Below, piece after piece: positions 30,204 through 46,300 of a stretch of DNA of 64,000 nt (position 1 is its first letter; each line of letters opens with the position of its first letter). The position numbers were made by a program, and so were the translations under genes. The notes beneath the pieces are model-generated. The model was not told where the DNA came from and searched no databases. It saw nothing but the letters and a program-made list of their open reading frames with translations. The DNA is from the human T2T-CHM13v2.0 reference genome, Homo sapiens. The stretch lies in the NCBI RefSeq assembly GCF_009914755.1, contig NC_060928.1, one strand, 5' to 3'.

Positions 30204-33200
30204 TGGGTATCTTGATATTTTATGTACAGCATATAATGCATACTTTGGGTACTTTGATATTTTATGTACAGTATATAATGCATACTTTGAGTACTTTGAT
30301 ATTTTATGTACAGTATGTAATACATACTTTGGGTACTTTGATATTTTATGTATAGTATATAATACATACTTTGTGTAGTTTGATATTTTATGTACAGTAT
30401 ACAATATATAGTTTGAGTACTTTGATATTTTATGTCCAGTATAAAATGTATAGTTTTCCTAATTGATATTTTATGTACAGAATATAGTTTGAGTACTTTG
30501 ATATTTTATGTACACTTTATTATAAATGTTTGGGTACTTTCATATTTTATGTACAGTATATAATACATACTTTGGTCTCTTTGATGTTTTATGTACAGTA
30601 TATAATACATACTTTGGGTTCTTTGATATTTTATGTGCAGAATATAATGCATAGTTTTAGGTACTTTTATATTTTATGTACAGTATATAATACATACTTT
30701 GGGTACTTTGATATTTTATGTACAGTATATAATACATACTTTGGGAACTTTGATATTTTATGTACAGTATGTAATACATACTTTGGGTACTTTGATATTT
30801 TATGTACAGTATACAATATATAGTTTGAGTACTTTGATATTTTATGTCCAGTATAAAATACATAGATTTCATACTTTGATATTTTATGTACAGAATATAG
30901 TTTGAGTACTTTGATATTTTATGTACACTTTATCATAAAAGTTTGGGTACTTTCATATTTTACGTACAGTATATAATACATACTTTGGGCACTTTGATGT
31001 TTTATGTACAGTATATAATACATACTTTGGGTTCTTTGATATGTTATGTACAGCATATAATACATAATTTGGGGACTTTTATATTTTATGTACATTATAT
31101 AATACATACTTTGGGTACTTTTATATTTTATGTACGGTATATAATACATACTTTGGGTACTTTGATATATTATGTACAGTATATAATACATACTTTGGGT
31201 ACTTTGATATATTATGTACAGTATATAATACATACTTAGGGTACTTTGACATTTTATGTACAGTACATAATACATACCTTGGGTACTTTGATATTTTATG
31301 TACAGTATATAATACATACTTTGGGTACTTTGATATTTTATGTACAGTATATAATACATGTTTTGGGTACTTTTATATTTTATGTACAGTATATAATATA
31401 TAGTTTGGGTACTTTGATATTTTATGTACGGTATATAATACATACTTTGGGTACTTTGATATTTTATGTTCAGTATATAATACATACTTTGGGTACTTTG
31501 ATATTTTATGTACAGTATATAATACATACTTTGGGTACTTTGATATTTAATGTACAGTATATAATACACACTTTGCGTACTTTGATATTTTATGTAAAGT
31601 ATGTAATACATACTTTGGGTACTTTGATATTTTATGTACAGTATGTAATACACGCTTTGGGTACTTTGATATTTTATGTAGAGTATGTAAAACATACTTT
31701 GGGTAGTTTGGTATTTTATGATCAGTATATAATACATATTTTGGGTACTTTGATATTTTATGTACAGTATATAATACATACTTTGGGTACTTTGATATTT
31801 TATGTACAGTATATAATGCATAATTTGGGTACTTCAATAGTTTATGCACAGTATATAATACATACTTTGGGTAATTTGATATTTTATGTACAGTATATAA
31901 TGCATACTTTGGGTACTTTGATAGTTTATGTACAGTATACAATACATACTTTGGGTACTTTGATATTTTATGTACAGTATATAATATGTAGTTTGGGTAC
32001 TTTGATATTTTAACTACAGTATATAATACATACTTTGGGTACTTGGATATTTTATCTACAGTATATAATAGATACTTTGGGTAGTTTGATATATTATGTA
32101 CAGTATATAATACATAGTTTGGTTACTTTGATATTTTTTGTACAGTATGTAAAACATAGTTTGGGGAGTTTGATATTTTATGAACAGTATATAATACACA
32201 TTTTGGGTACTTTGATATTTTATGTACGGTATATAATACATACTTTGGGTACTTTGATATTTTATGTACAGTATATAATTCATACTTTGGGTACTTTGAT
32301 ATTTTATGTACAGTATATAATACATACATTGGGTACTTCGATATTTTATGTGCAGTACCCTATATATAGTTTGGGTACTTTGATATTTTATGTCCAGTAT
32401 AAAATAAATAGTTTTGGTACTTTGATATTTTATATACAGTATATAGTTTGAGTACTTTGATATTTAATGTTCAGTTTATTATAAATGTTTGGGTGCTTTC
32501 ATATTTTATATACAGTATATAATACATACTTTGGGCACTTTGATATTTTCTGTACAGTATATAATACATACTTTGGGTACTTTGATATTTTATGTACGGT
32601 ATATAATACATACATTGGGTACTTTGATATTTTATGTACAGTATATAATATATAGTTTGGTTACTTTGATATTTTATATATAGTATATAATATATATTAT
32701 GTGTACTTTGATATATTATGTACAGTATATAATATATAGTATGGGTTGTTTGATATTTTATGTACAGTATATAATATATAGTTTGGGTAGTTTGATATTT
32801 TTAGTACAGTATGTAATATATAGTTTGTTTTATTTGATATTTTATGTACAGTATACAATATATAGTATTGGTACTTTGATATTTCATGTAAAGTATATAG
32901 TTTGAGTACTTTGATATTTTATATGCAGTTTATTATAAATGTTTGGGTACCTTCATATTTTATGTACAGTATATAATACATACTTTGGGAACTTTTATTT
33001 TATGTGCAGTATATAATACATACTTTGGGTACTTTGATATTTCATGTACAGTATATAATACACACTTTGGGTACTTTGATATTTTATGTACAGTATATAA
33101 TACACACTTTGGGTACTTTGATATTTTATGTACAGTATATAATACATACTTTGGGTACTTTGATGTATTATGTACAGTATATAATACATACTTTGGGTAC

Positions 33201-36200
33201 TTTGATATTTTATGTACAGTATATAATACATACTTTGGGTACTTTGATATTTTATGTACAGTATGTAATACACACTTTGGGTACTTTGATATTTTATGTA
33301 CAGTATGTAAAACATACTTTGGGTAGTTTGATATATTATGTACAGTATATAATACATACTTTGGGTACTCTGATATTTTATGTACAGTGTATAATACATA
33401 CTTTGGGTACTTTGATATTTTATGTACAGTATATAATACATACTTTGGGTACTTTGATATTTTATGTACAGTATATAATACTTACTTGGGGTATCTTGAT
33501 ATTTTATGTACAGTATATAATGCATACTTTGGGTACTTTGATATTTTATGTACAGTATATAATGCATACTTTGAGTACTTTGATATTTTATGTACAGTAT
33601 GTAATACATACTTTGGGTACTTTGATATTTTATGTATAGTATATAATACATACTTTGTGTAGTTTGATATTTTATGTACAGTATACAATATATAGTTTGA
33701 GTACTTTGATATTTTATGTCCAGTATAAAATATATAGTTTTCCTAATTGATATTTTATGTACAGAATATAGTTTGAGTACTTTGATATTTTATGTACACT
33801 TTATTATAAATGTTTGGGTAATTTCATATTTTATGTACAGTATATAATACATACTTTGGTCTCTTTGATGTTTTATGTACAGTATATAATACATACTTTG
33901 GGTTCTTTGATATTTTATGTGCAGAATATAATGCATAGTTTTAGATACTTTTATATTTTATGTACAGTATATAATACATACTTTGGGTACTTTGATATTT
34001 TATGTACAGTATATAATACATACTTTGGGTACTTTGATATTTTATGTACAGTATATAATACATATTATTGGTACTTTGATATTTTATGTACAGTATACAA
34101 TATATAGTTTGAGTACTTTGATATTTTATGTCCAGTATAAAATACATAGATTTCATACTTTGATATTTTATGTACAGAATATAGTTTCAGTACTTTGATA
34201 TTTTATGTACACTTTATCATAAAAGTTTGGGTACTTTCATATTTTACGTACAGTATATAATACATACTTTGGTCACTTTGATGTTTTATGTACAGTATAT
34301 AATACATACTTTGGGTTCTTTGATATGTTATGTACAGCATATAGTACATAATTTGGGGACTTTTGTATTTTATGTACATTATATAATACATACTTTGGGT
34401 ACTTTTATATTTTATGTACGGTATATAATACATACTTTGGGTACTTTGATATATTATGTACAGTATATAATACATACTTTGGGTACTTTGATATATTATG
34501 TACAGTATATAATACATACTTAGGGTACTTTGACATTTTATGTACAGTACATAATACATACTTTGGGTACTTTGATATTTTATGTACAGTATATAATACA
34601 TACTTTGGGTACTTTGATATTTTATGTACAGTATATAATACATGTTTTGGGTACTTTTACATTTTATGTACAGTATATAATATATAGTTTGGGTACTTTG
34701 ATATTTTATGTACGGTATATAATACATACTTTGGGTACTTTGATATTTTATGTACAGTATATAATACATACTTTGGGTACTTTGATAATTTATGTACAGT
34801 ATATAATACATACTTTGGGTACTTTGATATTTAATGTACAGTATATAATACACACTTTGCGTACTTTGATATTTTATGTAAAGTATGTAATACATACTTT
34901 GGGTAGTTTGATATTTTATGTACAGTATGTAATACACGCTTTGGGTACTTTGATATTTTATGTAGAGTATGTAAAACATACTTTGGGTAGTTTGGTATTT
35001 TATGATCAGTATATAATACATATTTTGGGTACTTTGATATTTTATGTACAGTATATAATACATACTTTGGGTACTTTGATATTTTATGTACAGTATATAA
35101 TGCATAATTTGGGTACTTCAATAGTTTATGCACAGTATATAATACATACTTTGGGTAATTTGATATTTTATGTACAGTATATAATGCATACTTTGGGTAC
35201 TTTGATAGTTTATGTACAGTATACAATACATACTTTGGGTACTTTGATATTTTATGTACAGTATATAATATGTAGTTTGGGTACTTTGATATTTTAACTA
35301 CAGTATATAATACATACTTTGGGTACTTTGATATTTTATCTACAGTATATAATAGATACTTTGGGTACTTTGATATATTATGTACAGTATATAATACATA
35401 GTTTGGTTACTTTGATATTTTTTGTACAGTATGTAAAACATACTTTGGGGAGTTTGATATTTTATGAACAGTATATAATACACATTTTGGGTACTTTGAT
35501 ATTTTATGTACGGTATATAATACATACTTTGGGTACTTTGATATTTTATGTACAGTATATAGTTCATACTTTGGGTACTTTGATATTTTATGTACAGTAT
35601 ATAATACATACATTGGGTACTTCGATATTTTATGTGCAGTACCCTATATATAGTTTGGGTACTTTGATATATTATGTCCAGTATAAAATAAATAGTTTTG
35701 GTACTTTGATATTTTATGTACAGTATATAGTTTGAGTACTTTGATATTTAATGTTCAGTTTATTATAAATGTTTGGGTGCTTTCATATTTTATATACAGT
35801 ATATAATACATACTTTGGGCACTTTGATATTTTCTGTACAGTATATAATACATACTTTGGGTACTTTGATATTTTATGTATGGTATATAATACATACATT
35901 GGGTACTTTGATATTTTATGTACAGTATATAATATATAGTTTGGTTACTTTGATATTTTATATACAGTATATAATATATATTATGTGTACTTTGATATAT
36001 TATGTACAGTATATAATATATAGTATGGGTTGTTTGATATTTTATGTACAGTATATAATATATAGTTTGGGTAGTTTGATATTTTTAGTACAGTATGTAA
36101 TATATAGTTTGTTTTATTTGGTATTTTATGTACAGTATACAATATATAGTATTGGTACTTTGATATTTCATATAAAGTATATAGTTTGAGTACTTTGATA

Positions 36201-36924
36201 TTTTATATGCAGTTTATTATAAATGTTTGGGTACCTTCATATTTTATGTACAGTATATAATACATACTTTGGGAACTTTTATTTTATGTGCAGTATATAA
36301 TACATACTTTGGGTACTTTGATATTTCATGTACAGTATATAATACACACTTTGGGTACTTTGATATTTTATGTACAGTATATAATACACACTTTGGGTAG
36401 TTTGATATTTTATGTACAGTATATAATACATACTTTGGGTACTTTGATGTATTATGTACAGTATATAATACATACTTTGGGTACTTTGATATTTTATGTA
36501 CACTATATAATACATACTTTGGGTACTTTGATATTTTATGTACAGTATGTAATACACACTTTGGGTACTTTGATATTTTATGTACAGTATGTAAAACATA
36601 CTTTGGGTAGTTTGATATATTATGTACAGTATATAATACATACTTTGTGTACTCTGATATTTTATGTACAGTGTATAATACATACTTTGGGTACTTTGAT
36701 ATTTTATGTACAGTATATAATACATACATTGGGTACTTTGATATATTATGTACAGTATATAATACTTACTTGGGGTATCTTGATATTTTATGTACAGTAT
36801 ATAATGCATACTTTGGGTACTTTGATATTTTATGTACAGTATATAATGCATACTTTGAGTACTTTGATATTTTATGTACAGTATGTAATACATACTTTGG
36901 GTACTTTGATATTTTATGTACAGT
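30204..36924. repeat. Second copy of the 3,284-bp duplication
   Basis: Junction pairs 30530/33814, 30943/34227, 32489/35773, 32943/36227. Confidence 0.85.
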
Positions 36925-39900
36925 ATATAATACATACTTTGGGTACTTTGATATTTTATGTACAGTATATAATATATAGTTTGGGTACTTTGATAATTTA
37001 TGTACAGTGTATAACACATACTTTGGGTACTTTGATATTTTATGTACAGTATATAATACATACTTTGGGTACTTTGATATTTTATATACAGTATATAATA
37101 CATACTTTGGGTACTTTCATATTTCATGTACAGTTTATAATATATAGTTTGGGTACTTTGGTATATTATGTACTGTATATAATACATACTTTGGGTACTT
37201 TGATATTTTATGTACAGTATATAATACATACTTTGGGTACTTTGATATTTTATGTACAGTATACAATATATACTTTGACTACTTTGATATTTTATGTCCA
37301 GTATAGAATATATAGTTTTGGTAGTTTGATATTTTATGTACAGTATATAGTTTGAGTACATTGATATTTTATGTACACTTTATTATAAATGTTTGGATAC
37401 TTTCATATTTTATGTACAGTATTTAATACATACTTTGGGCACTTTGATATTTTATGTACAGTATACAATACATACTTTGGGTTCTTTGATATTTTATTTA
37501 CAGTATATAATACATAATTTGGGTACTTTGATATTTTATTTACAGTATATAATGCATACTTTGGGTACTTTGATGTTTTATGTACAGTATATAATACATA
37601 CTTAGGGTACTTTGACATTTTATGTGCAGTACATAATACATACTTTGGATACTTTGTTATTTTAAATACAGTATGTAATACATATTTTGGGTACTTTGAT
37701 ATTTTATGTACAGTATATAATACATACTTTGGTACTTTTATATTTCATGTACAGTATATAATATATAGTTTGAGTACTTTGATATTTTATGTACAGTATA
37801 TAATACATAGTTTGGGTATTTTGATATTTTATGTACAGTATATAATACATACTTTGGGTACTTTGATATTTTATGTACAGTATATAATATATAATATGGG
37901 TACTTTGATAATTTATGTGCAGTATATAACACATACTTTCGGTAGTTGGATATTTTATGTACAGTATATAATACATACTTTGGGTACTTCGATATTTGAT
38001 GTACAGTATACTATATATAGTTTGGGTACTTTGATATTTTATGTCGGGTACAAAATAAATAGTTTTGGTACTTAGATATTTTATGTACAGTATATAGTTT
38101 GAGTACTTTGATATTTTATGTACAGTTTATTATTAATGGGTGCTTTCATATTTTATGTACAGTATATAATACATACTATGGGCACTTTGATATTTTATGT
38201 ACAGTATATAATACATAATTTGGGTACTTTGATATTTTATATACACTACATAATACATACTTTGGGTACTTTGATATTTTATGTACAGTACATAATATAT
38301 AGTTTGGGTACTTTGATATTGTATGTGCAGTATATAACACATACTTTCGGTACTTGGATATTTTATGTACAGTATATAATACATAATTTGGGTACTTCCA
38401 TATTTTATGTACAGTATGCTATATATACTTTGGGTACTTTGATATTTTATGTCCAGTATAAAATAAAAAGTTTTGGTAATTCGATATTTTATGTACAGTG
38501 TATCGTTTGAGTACTTTGATATTTTATGTACACTTTATTATAAATGTTTGGGTAATTTCATATTTTATGTACAGTATATAATACATACTTTGGTCTCTTT
38601 GATGTTTTATGTACAGTATATAATACATACTTTGGGTTCTTTGATATTTTATGTGCAGAATATAATGCATAGTTTTAGGTACTTTTATATTTTATGTACA
38701 GTATATAATACATACTTTGGGTACTTTGATATTTTATGTACAGTATATAATACATACTTTGGGTACTTTGATATTTTATGTACAGTATATAATACATATT
38801 ATTGGTACTTTGATATTTTATGTACAGTATACAATATATAGTTTGAGTACTTTGATATTTTATGTCCAGTATAAAATACATAGATTTCATACTTTGATAT
38901 TTTATGTACAGAATATAGTTTGAGTACTTTGATATTTTATGTACACTTTATCATAAAAGTTTGGGTACTTTCATATTTTACGTACAGTATATAATACATA
39001 CTTTGGGCACTTTGATGTTTTATGTACAGTATATAATACATACTTTGGGTTCTTTGATATGTTATGTACAGCATATAGTACATAATTTGGGGACTTTTAT
39101 ATTTTATGTACATTATATAATACATACTTTGGGTACTTTTATATTTTATGTACGGTATATAATACATACTTTGGGTACTTTGGTATATTATGTACAGTAT
39201 ATAATACATACTTTGGGTACTTTGATATATTATGTACAGTATATAATACATACTTAGGGTACTTTGACATTTTATGTACAGTACATAATACATACTTTGG
39301 GTACTTTGATATTTTATGTACAGTATATAATACATACTTTGGGTACTTTGATATTTTATGTACAGTATATAATACATGTTTTGGGTACTTTTACATTTTA
39401 TGTACAGTATATAATATATAGTTTGGGTACTTTGATATTTTATGTACGGTATATAATACATACTTTGGGTACTCTGATATTTTATGTACAGTATATAATA
39501 CATACTTTGGGTACTTTGATAATTTATGTACAGTATATAATACATACTTTGGGTACTTTGATATTTAATGTACAGTATATAATACACACTTTGCGTACTT
39601 TGTTATTTTATGTAAAGTATGTAATACATACTTTGGGTACTTTGATATTTTATGTACAGTATGTAATACACGCTTTGGGTACTTTGATATTTTATGTAGA
39701 GTATGTAAAACATACATTGGGTAGTTTGTTATTTTATGATCAGTATATAATACATATTTTGGGTACTTTGATATTTTATGTACAGTATATAATACATACT
39801 TTGGGTACTTTGATATTTTATGTACAGTATATAATGCATAATTTGGGTACTTCAATAGTTTATGCACAGTATATAATACATACTTTGGGTAATTTGATAT

Positions 39901-40694
39901 TTTATGTACAGTATATAATGCATACTTTGGGTACTTTGATACTTTATGTACAGTATACAATACATACTTTGGGTACTTTGATATTTTATGTACAGTATAT
40001 AATATGTAGTTTGGGTACTTTGATATTTTAACTACAGTATATAATACATACTTTGGGTACTTTGATATTTTATCTATAGTATATAATAGATACTTTGGGT
40101 ACTTTGATATATTATGTACAGTATATAATACATAGTTTGGTTACTTTGATATTGTTTGTACAGTATGTAAAACATACTTTGGGGAGTTTGATATTTTATG
40201 AACAGTATATAATACACATTTTGGGTACTTTGATATTTTATGTACGGTATATAATACATACTTTGGGTACTTTGATATTTTATGTACAGTATATAGTTCA
40301 TACTTTGGGTACTTTGATATTTTATGTACAGTATATAATACATACATTGGGTACTTCGATATTTTATGTGCAGTACCCTCTATATAGTTTGGGTACTTTG
40401 ATATTTTATGTCCAGTATAAAATAAATAGTTTTGGTACTTTGATATTTTATGTACAGTATATAGTTTGAGTACTTTGATATTTAATGTTCAGTTTATTAT
40501 AAATGTTTTGGTGCTTTCATATTTTATATACAGTATATAATACATACTTTGGGCACTTTGATATTTTCTGTACAGTATATAATACATACTTTGTGTACTT
40601 TGATATTTTATGTACGGTATATAATACATACATTGGGTACTTTGATATTTTATGTAAAGTATATAATATATAGTTTGGTTACTTTGATATTTTA

Positions 40695-43150
40695 TATACA
40701 GTATATAATATATATTATGTGTACTTTGATATATTATGTACAGTATATAATATATAGTATGGGTTGTTTGATATTTTATGTACAGTATATAATATATAGT
40801 TTGGGTAGTTTGATATTTTTAGTACAGTATGTAATATATAGTTTGTTTTATTTGATATTTTATGTACAGTATACAATATATAGTATTGGTACTTTCATAT
40901 TTCATGTAAAGTATATAGTTTGAGTACTTTGATATTTTATATGCAGTTTATTATAAATGTTTGGGTACCTTCATATTTTATGTACAGTATATAATACATA
41001 CTTTGGGAACTTTTATTTTATGTGCAGTATATAATACATACTTTGGGTACTTTGATATTTCATGTACAGTATATAATACACACTTTGGGTACTTTGATAT
41101 TTTATGTACAGTATATAATACACACTTTGGGTAGTTTGATATTTTATGTACAGTATATAATACATACTTTGGGTACTTTGATGTATTATGTACAGTATAT
41201 AATACATACTTTGGGTACTTTGATATTTTATATACAGTATATAATACATACTTTGGGTACTTTGATATTTTATGTACAGTATGTAATACATAATTTGGGT
41301 ACTTTAATATTTTATGTATAGTATATAATACTTACTTTGGGTACTTTGATATTTTATGGACAGTGTATAATACATACTTTGGGTTCTTTGATATTTTATT
41401 TACAGTATATAACATATAGTTTGGGTACTTTGATATTTTATATACAGTATATAATACATACTTTGGGTACTTTGATATTTTATGTACAGTATATAATACA
41501 TACTTTGGGTACTTTGATATTTCATGCACAGTATACAATATATAGTTTGAGTACTTTGATATTTTATGTACTGTATAAAATATATAGTTTTCGTACTTTG
41601 ATATTTTATGTACAGTATATAGTTTGAGTACTTTGATATTTTATGTACAGTTTGTTATAAATATTTGGGTGCTTTCATATTTTATGTACAGTATATAATA
41701 CATACTTTGGGCACTTTGATATCTTATGTACAGTATATAATACATACTTTGGGTTCTCTGATATTTTCTGTACAGTGTATAATACATAATTTGGGTACTT
41801 TGATATTTTATGTACAGCATATAATACATACGTTGGGTACTTTGATATATTATGTACAGTATATAATACATACTTTGGGTACTTTGATATTTTATGTACA
41901 GTATATAATCCATAGTTTGTGTACTTTTATATTTTATGTACAGTATATAATACATACTTTGGGTACTTTGATATTTTATGTACAGTATATAATACATACT
42001 TTGGGTACTTTCATGTTTTATGTACAGTATATAATATATAGTTTGGGTACTTTGATATTTTATCTACAGCTTATAATACTTACTTTGGGTAATTTGATAT
42101 TTTATGTACAGTATATAATACATACTTTGGGTAGTTTGATATTTTATGTACAGTATACAATATATAGTTTGAGTACTTTGATATTTTATGTGCAGTATAA
42201 AATATATAGTGTTGGTATTTTGATGTTTTATGTACAGTATATATTTTGAGTACTTTGATATTTTGTGTACAGTTTATTATAAATGTTTGGGTACTTTCAT
42301 ATTTGATGTACAGTATATAATACATAATTTGGGCACTTTGATATTTTATGTACAGTATATAATACATACTTGGGGTACTTTTATATTTTATGTACAGTAT
42401 ATAATACATACTCTGGGCACTTTGATATTTAATGTACAGTATATAATACACACTTTGCGTACTTTGATATTTTATGTAACGTATGTAATACATACTTTGG
42501 GTAGTTTGATATCTTATGTACAGTATGTAGTACACACTTTGGGTACTTTGATATTTTATGTACAGTATGTAAAACATACTTTGGGTAGTTTGATATTTTA
42601 TGATCAGTATATAATACACATTTTGGGTACCTTGATATTTTATGTACAGTATATAATACATACTTTGGGTACTTTGATATTTTATGTACAGTATATAATG
42701 CATACTTTAGGTACTTTGATAGTTTTTGTACAGTATATAATACATACTTTGGGTACTTTGATATTTTATGTACAGTATATAATACATAGTTTGGGTACTT
42801 TGATATTTTATGTACAGTATATAATACATACTTTGGGTACTTTGATATTTTATCTACAGTGTATAATATATACTTTGGGTACTTTGATATATTATGTACA
42901 GTATATAATACATACTTTGGGTACTTTGATATTTTATGTACAGTATATAATACATACTTTGGGTACTTTGATATTTTATGTACAGTATATAATACATACT
43001 TTCGGTACTTTGATATTTTATGTACAGTATATAATATATAGTTTGGGTACTTTGATATTTTATGTACAGTATATAATACATACTTTGTGTACTTTGATAT
43101 TTTATGTACAGTATATAATACATACTTTGGGTACTTTGATATTTTATGTA
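40695..43150. repeat. Dispersed near-identical copy of window positions 1-~2460 (offset 40,694)
   Basis: ORF pairs 319/41013, 971/41665, 1536/42230, 2165/42859 have near-identical translations. Confidence 0.88.
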
Positions 43151-43389
43151 CAGTATATAATATATAGTTTGGGTACTTTGATAATTTATGTACAGTGTAT
43201 AACACATACTTTGGGTACTTTGATATTTTATGTACAGTATATAATACATACTTTGGGTACTTTGATATTTTATATACAGTATATAATACATACTTTGGGT
43301 ACTTTCATATTTCATGTACAGTTTATAATATATAGTTTGGGTACTTTGGTATATTATGTACTGTATATAATACATACTTTGGGTACTTT

Positions 43390-46300
43390 GATATTTTATG
43401 TACAGTATATAATACATACTTTGGGTACTTTGATATTTTATGTACAGTATACAATATATACTTTGACTACTTTGATATTTTATGTCCAGTATAGAATATA
43501 TAGTTTTGGTAGTTTGATATTTTATGTACAGTATGTAGTTTGAGTACATTGATATTTTATGTACACTTTATTATAAATGTTTGGATACTTTCATATTTTA
43601 TGTACAGTATATAATACATACTTTGGGCACTTTGATATTTTATGTACAGTATACAATACATACTTTGGGTACTTTGATATTTTATGTACAGTATATAATA
43701 CATAATTTGGGTACTTTGATATTTTATTTACAGTATATAATGCATACTTTGGGTACTTTGATGTTTTATGTACAGTATATAATACATACTTAGGGTACTT
43801 TGACATTTTATGTGCAGTACATAATACATACTTTGGATACTTTGTTATTTTAAATACAGTATGTAATATATATTTTGGGTACTTTGATATTTTATGTACA
43901 GTATATAATACATACTTTGGTACTTTTATATTTCATGTACAGTATATAATATATAGTTTGGGTACTTTGATATTTTATGTACAGTATATAATACATAGTT
44001 TGGGTATTTTGATATTTTATGTACAGTATATAATACATACTTTGGGTACTTTGATATTTTATGTACAGTATATAATATATAGTTTGGGTACTTTGATAAT
44101 TTATGTGCAGTATATAACACATACTTTCGGTAGTTGGATATTTTATGTACAGTATATAATACATACTTTGGGTACTTCGATATTTGATGTACAGTATACT
44201 ATATATAGTTTGGGTACTTTGATATTTTATGTCGGGTACAAAATAAATAGTTTTGGTACTTAGATATTTTATGTACAGTATATAGTTTGAGTACTTTGAT
44301 ATTTTATGTACAGTTTATTATTAATGGGTGCTTTCATATTTTATGTACAGTATATAATACATACTATGGGCACTTTGATATTTTATGTAGAGTATATAAT
44401 ACATACTTTGGGTACTTTGATATTTTATATACACTACATAATACATACTTTGGGTACTTTGATATTTTATGTACAGTACATAATATATAGTTTGGGTACT
44501 TTGATATTGTATGTGCAGTATATAACACATACTTTCGGTACTTGGATATTTTATGTACAGTATATAATACATAATTTGGGTACTTCCATATTTTATGTAC
44601 AGTATGCTATATATACTTTGGGTACTTTGATATTTTATGTCCAGTATAAAATAAAAAGTTTTGGTAATTCGATATTTTATGTACAGTGTATCGTTTGAGT
44701 ACTTTGATATTTAATGTACAGTTTATTATAAATGTTCGGGTGCTTTCATATTTTATGTACAGTATATAATACATACTTTGAGCCCTTTGATATTTTATGT
44801 ACAGTATATAATACATACTTTGGGTAATTTGATATTTTATGTACAGTATATAATACATACATTGGGTACTTTGATATTTTATGTACAGTATATAATATAT
44901 AGTTAGGGTACTTTGATATTTTATATACAGTATATAATATATATTATGTGTACTTTGATATATTATGTACAGTATATAATATATAGTTTGGGTAATTTGA
45001 TATTTTATGTACAGTATACAATATATAGTATTGGTACTTTGATATTTCATGTAAAGTATATAGTTTGAGTACTTTGATATTTTATATACAGTTTATTATA
45101 AATGTTTGGGTACCTTCTTATTTTATGTAGAGTATATAATACATACTTTGGGAACTTTTATTTTATGTGCAGTATATAATACATACTTTGGGTACTTTGA
45201 TATTTTATGTACAGTATATAATACATACTATTGGTACTTTGATATTTTATGTACAGTATACAATATATAGTTTGAGTACTTTGATATTTTATGTCCAGTA
45301 TAAAATATATAGATTTCATACTTTGATATTTTATGTACTGAATGTAGTTTGAGTACTTTGATATTTTATGTACACTTTATTATAAAAGTTTGGGTACTTT
45401 CATATTTTACGTACAGTATATAATACATACTTTGGGCACTTTGATGTTTTATGTACAGTATATAATACATACTTTGGGTTCTTTGATATTTTATGTACAG
45501 CATATAATACATAATTTGGGGACTTTTATATTTTATGTACATTATATTATACATACTTTGGGTACTTTTATATTTTATGTACGGTATATAATACACACTT
45601 TGGGTACTTTGATATATTATGTACAGTATATAATACATACTTTGGGTACTTTGATATATTATGTACAGTATATAATACATACTAAGGGTACTTTGACATT
45701 TTATGTACAGTACATAATACATACTTTGGGTACTTTGATATTTTATGTACAGTATATAATGCATACTTTGGATACTTTGATATTTTATGTACAGTATATA
45801 ATACATACTTTGGGTACTTTTATATTTTATGTACAGTATATAATATATAGTTTGGGTACTTTGATATTTTATGTACGGTATATAATACATACTTTGGGTA
45901 CTTTGATATTTTATGTACAGTATATAATACATATTTTGTGTACTCTGATATTTTATGTACAGTATACAATATATAGTTTGAATACTTTGATATTTTATGT
46001 ACTGTATAAAATATATAGTGTTCGTACTTTGATATTTTATGTACAATATATAGTTTGAGTACTTTGATATTTTATGTACAGTTTTTTATAAATGTTTGGG
46101 TGCTTTCATATTTTATGTACAGTATATAATACATACAAACGGCACTTTGATATTTTATGTACAGTATATAATACATACTTTGGGTACTTTGATATTTTAT
46201 GTACAGTATACAATATATACTTTGACTACTTTGATATTTTATGTCCAGTATAGAATATATAGTTTTGGTAGTTTGATATTTTATGTACAGTATGTAGTTT

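Larger units (their letters stand above)
8737..39790. repeat. Higher-order tandem repeat, unit 12,724 bp (first unit 12,766 bp), ~2.4 copies
   Basis: Matching ORFs and junctions at offset 12,724 (13513/26237/38961, 16269/28993, 21503/34227, 23049/35773, 24669/37393). Offset 12,766 for the first segment (8737/21503, 10283/23049). Confidence 0.93.
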
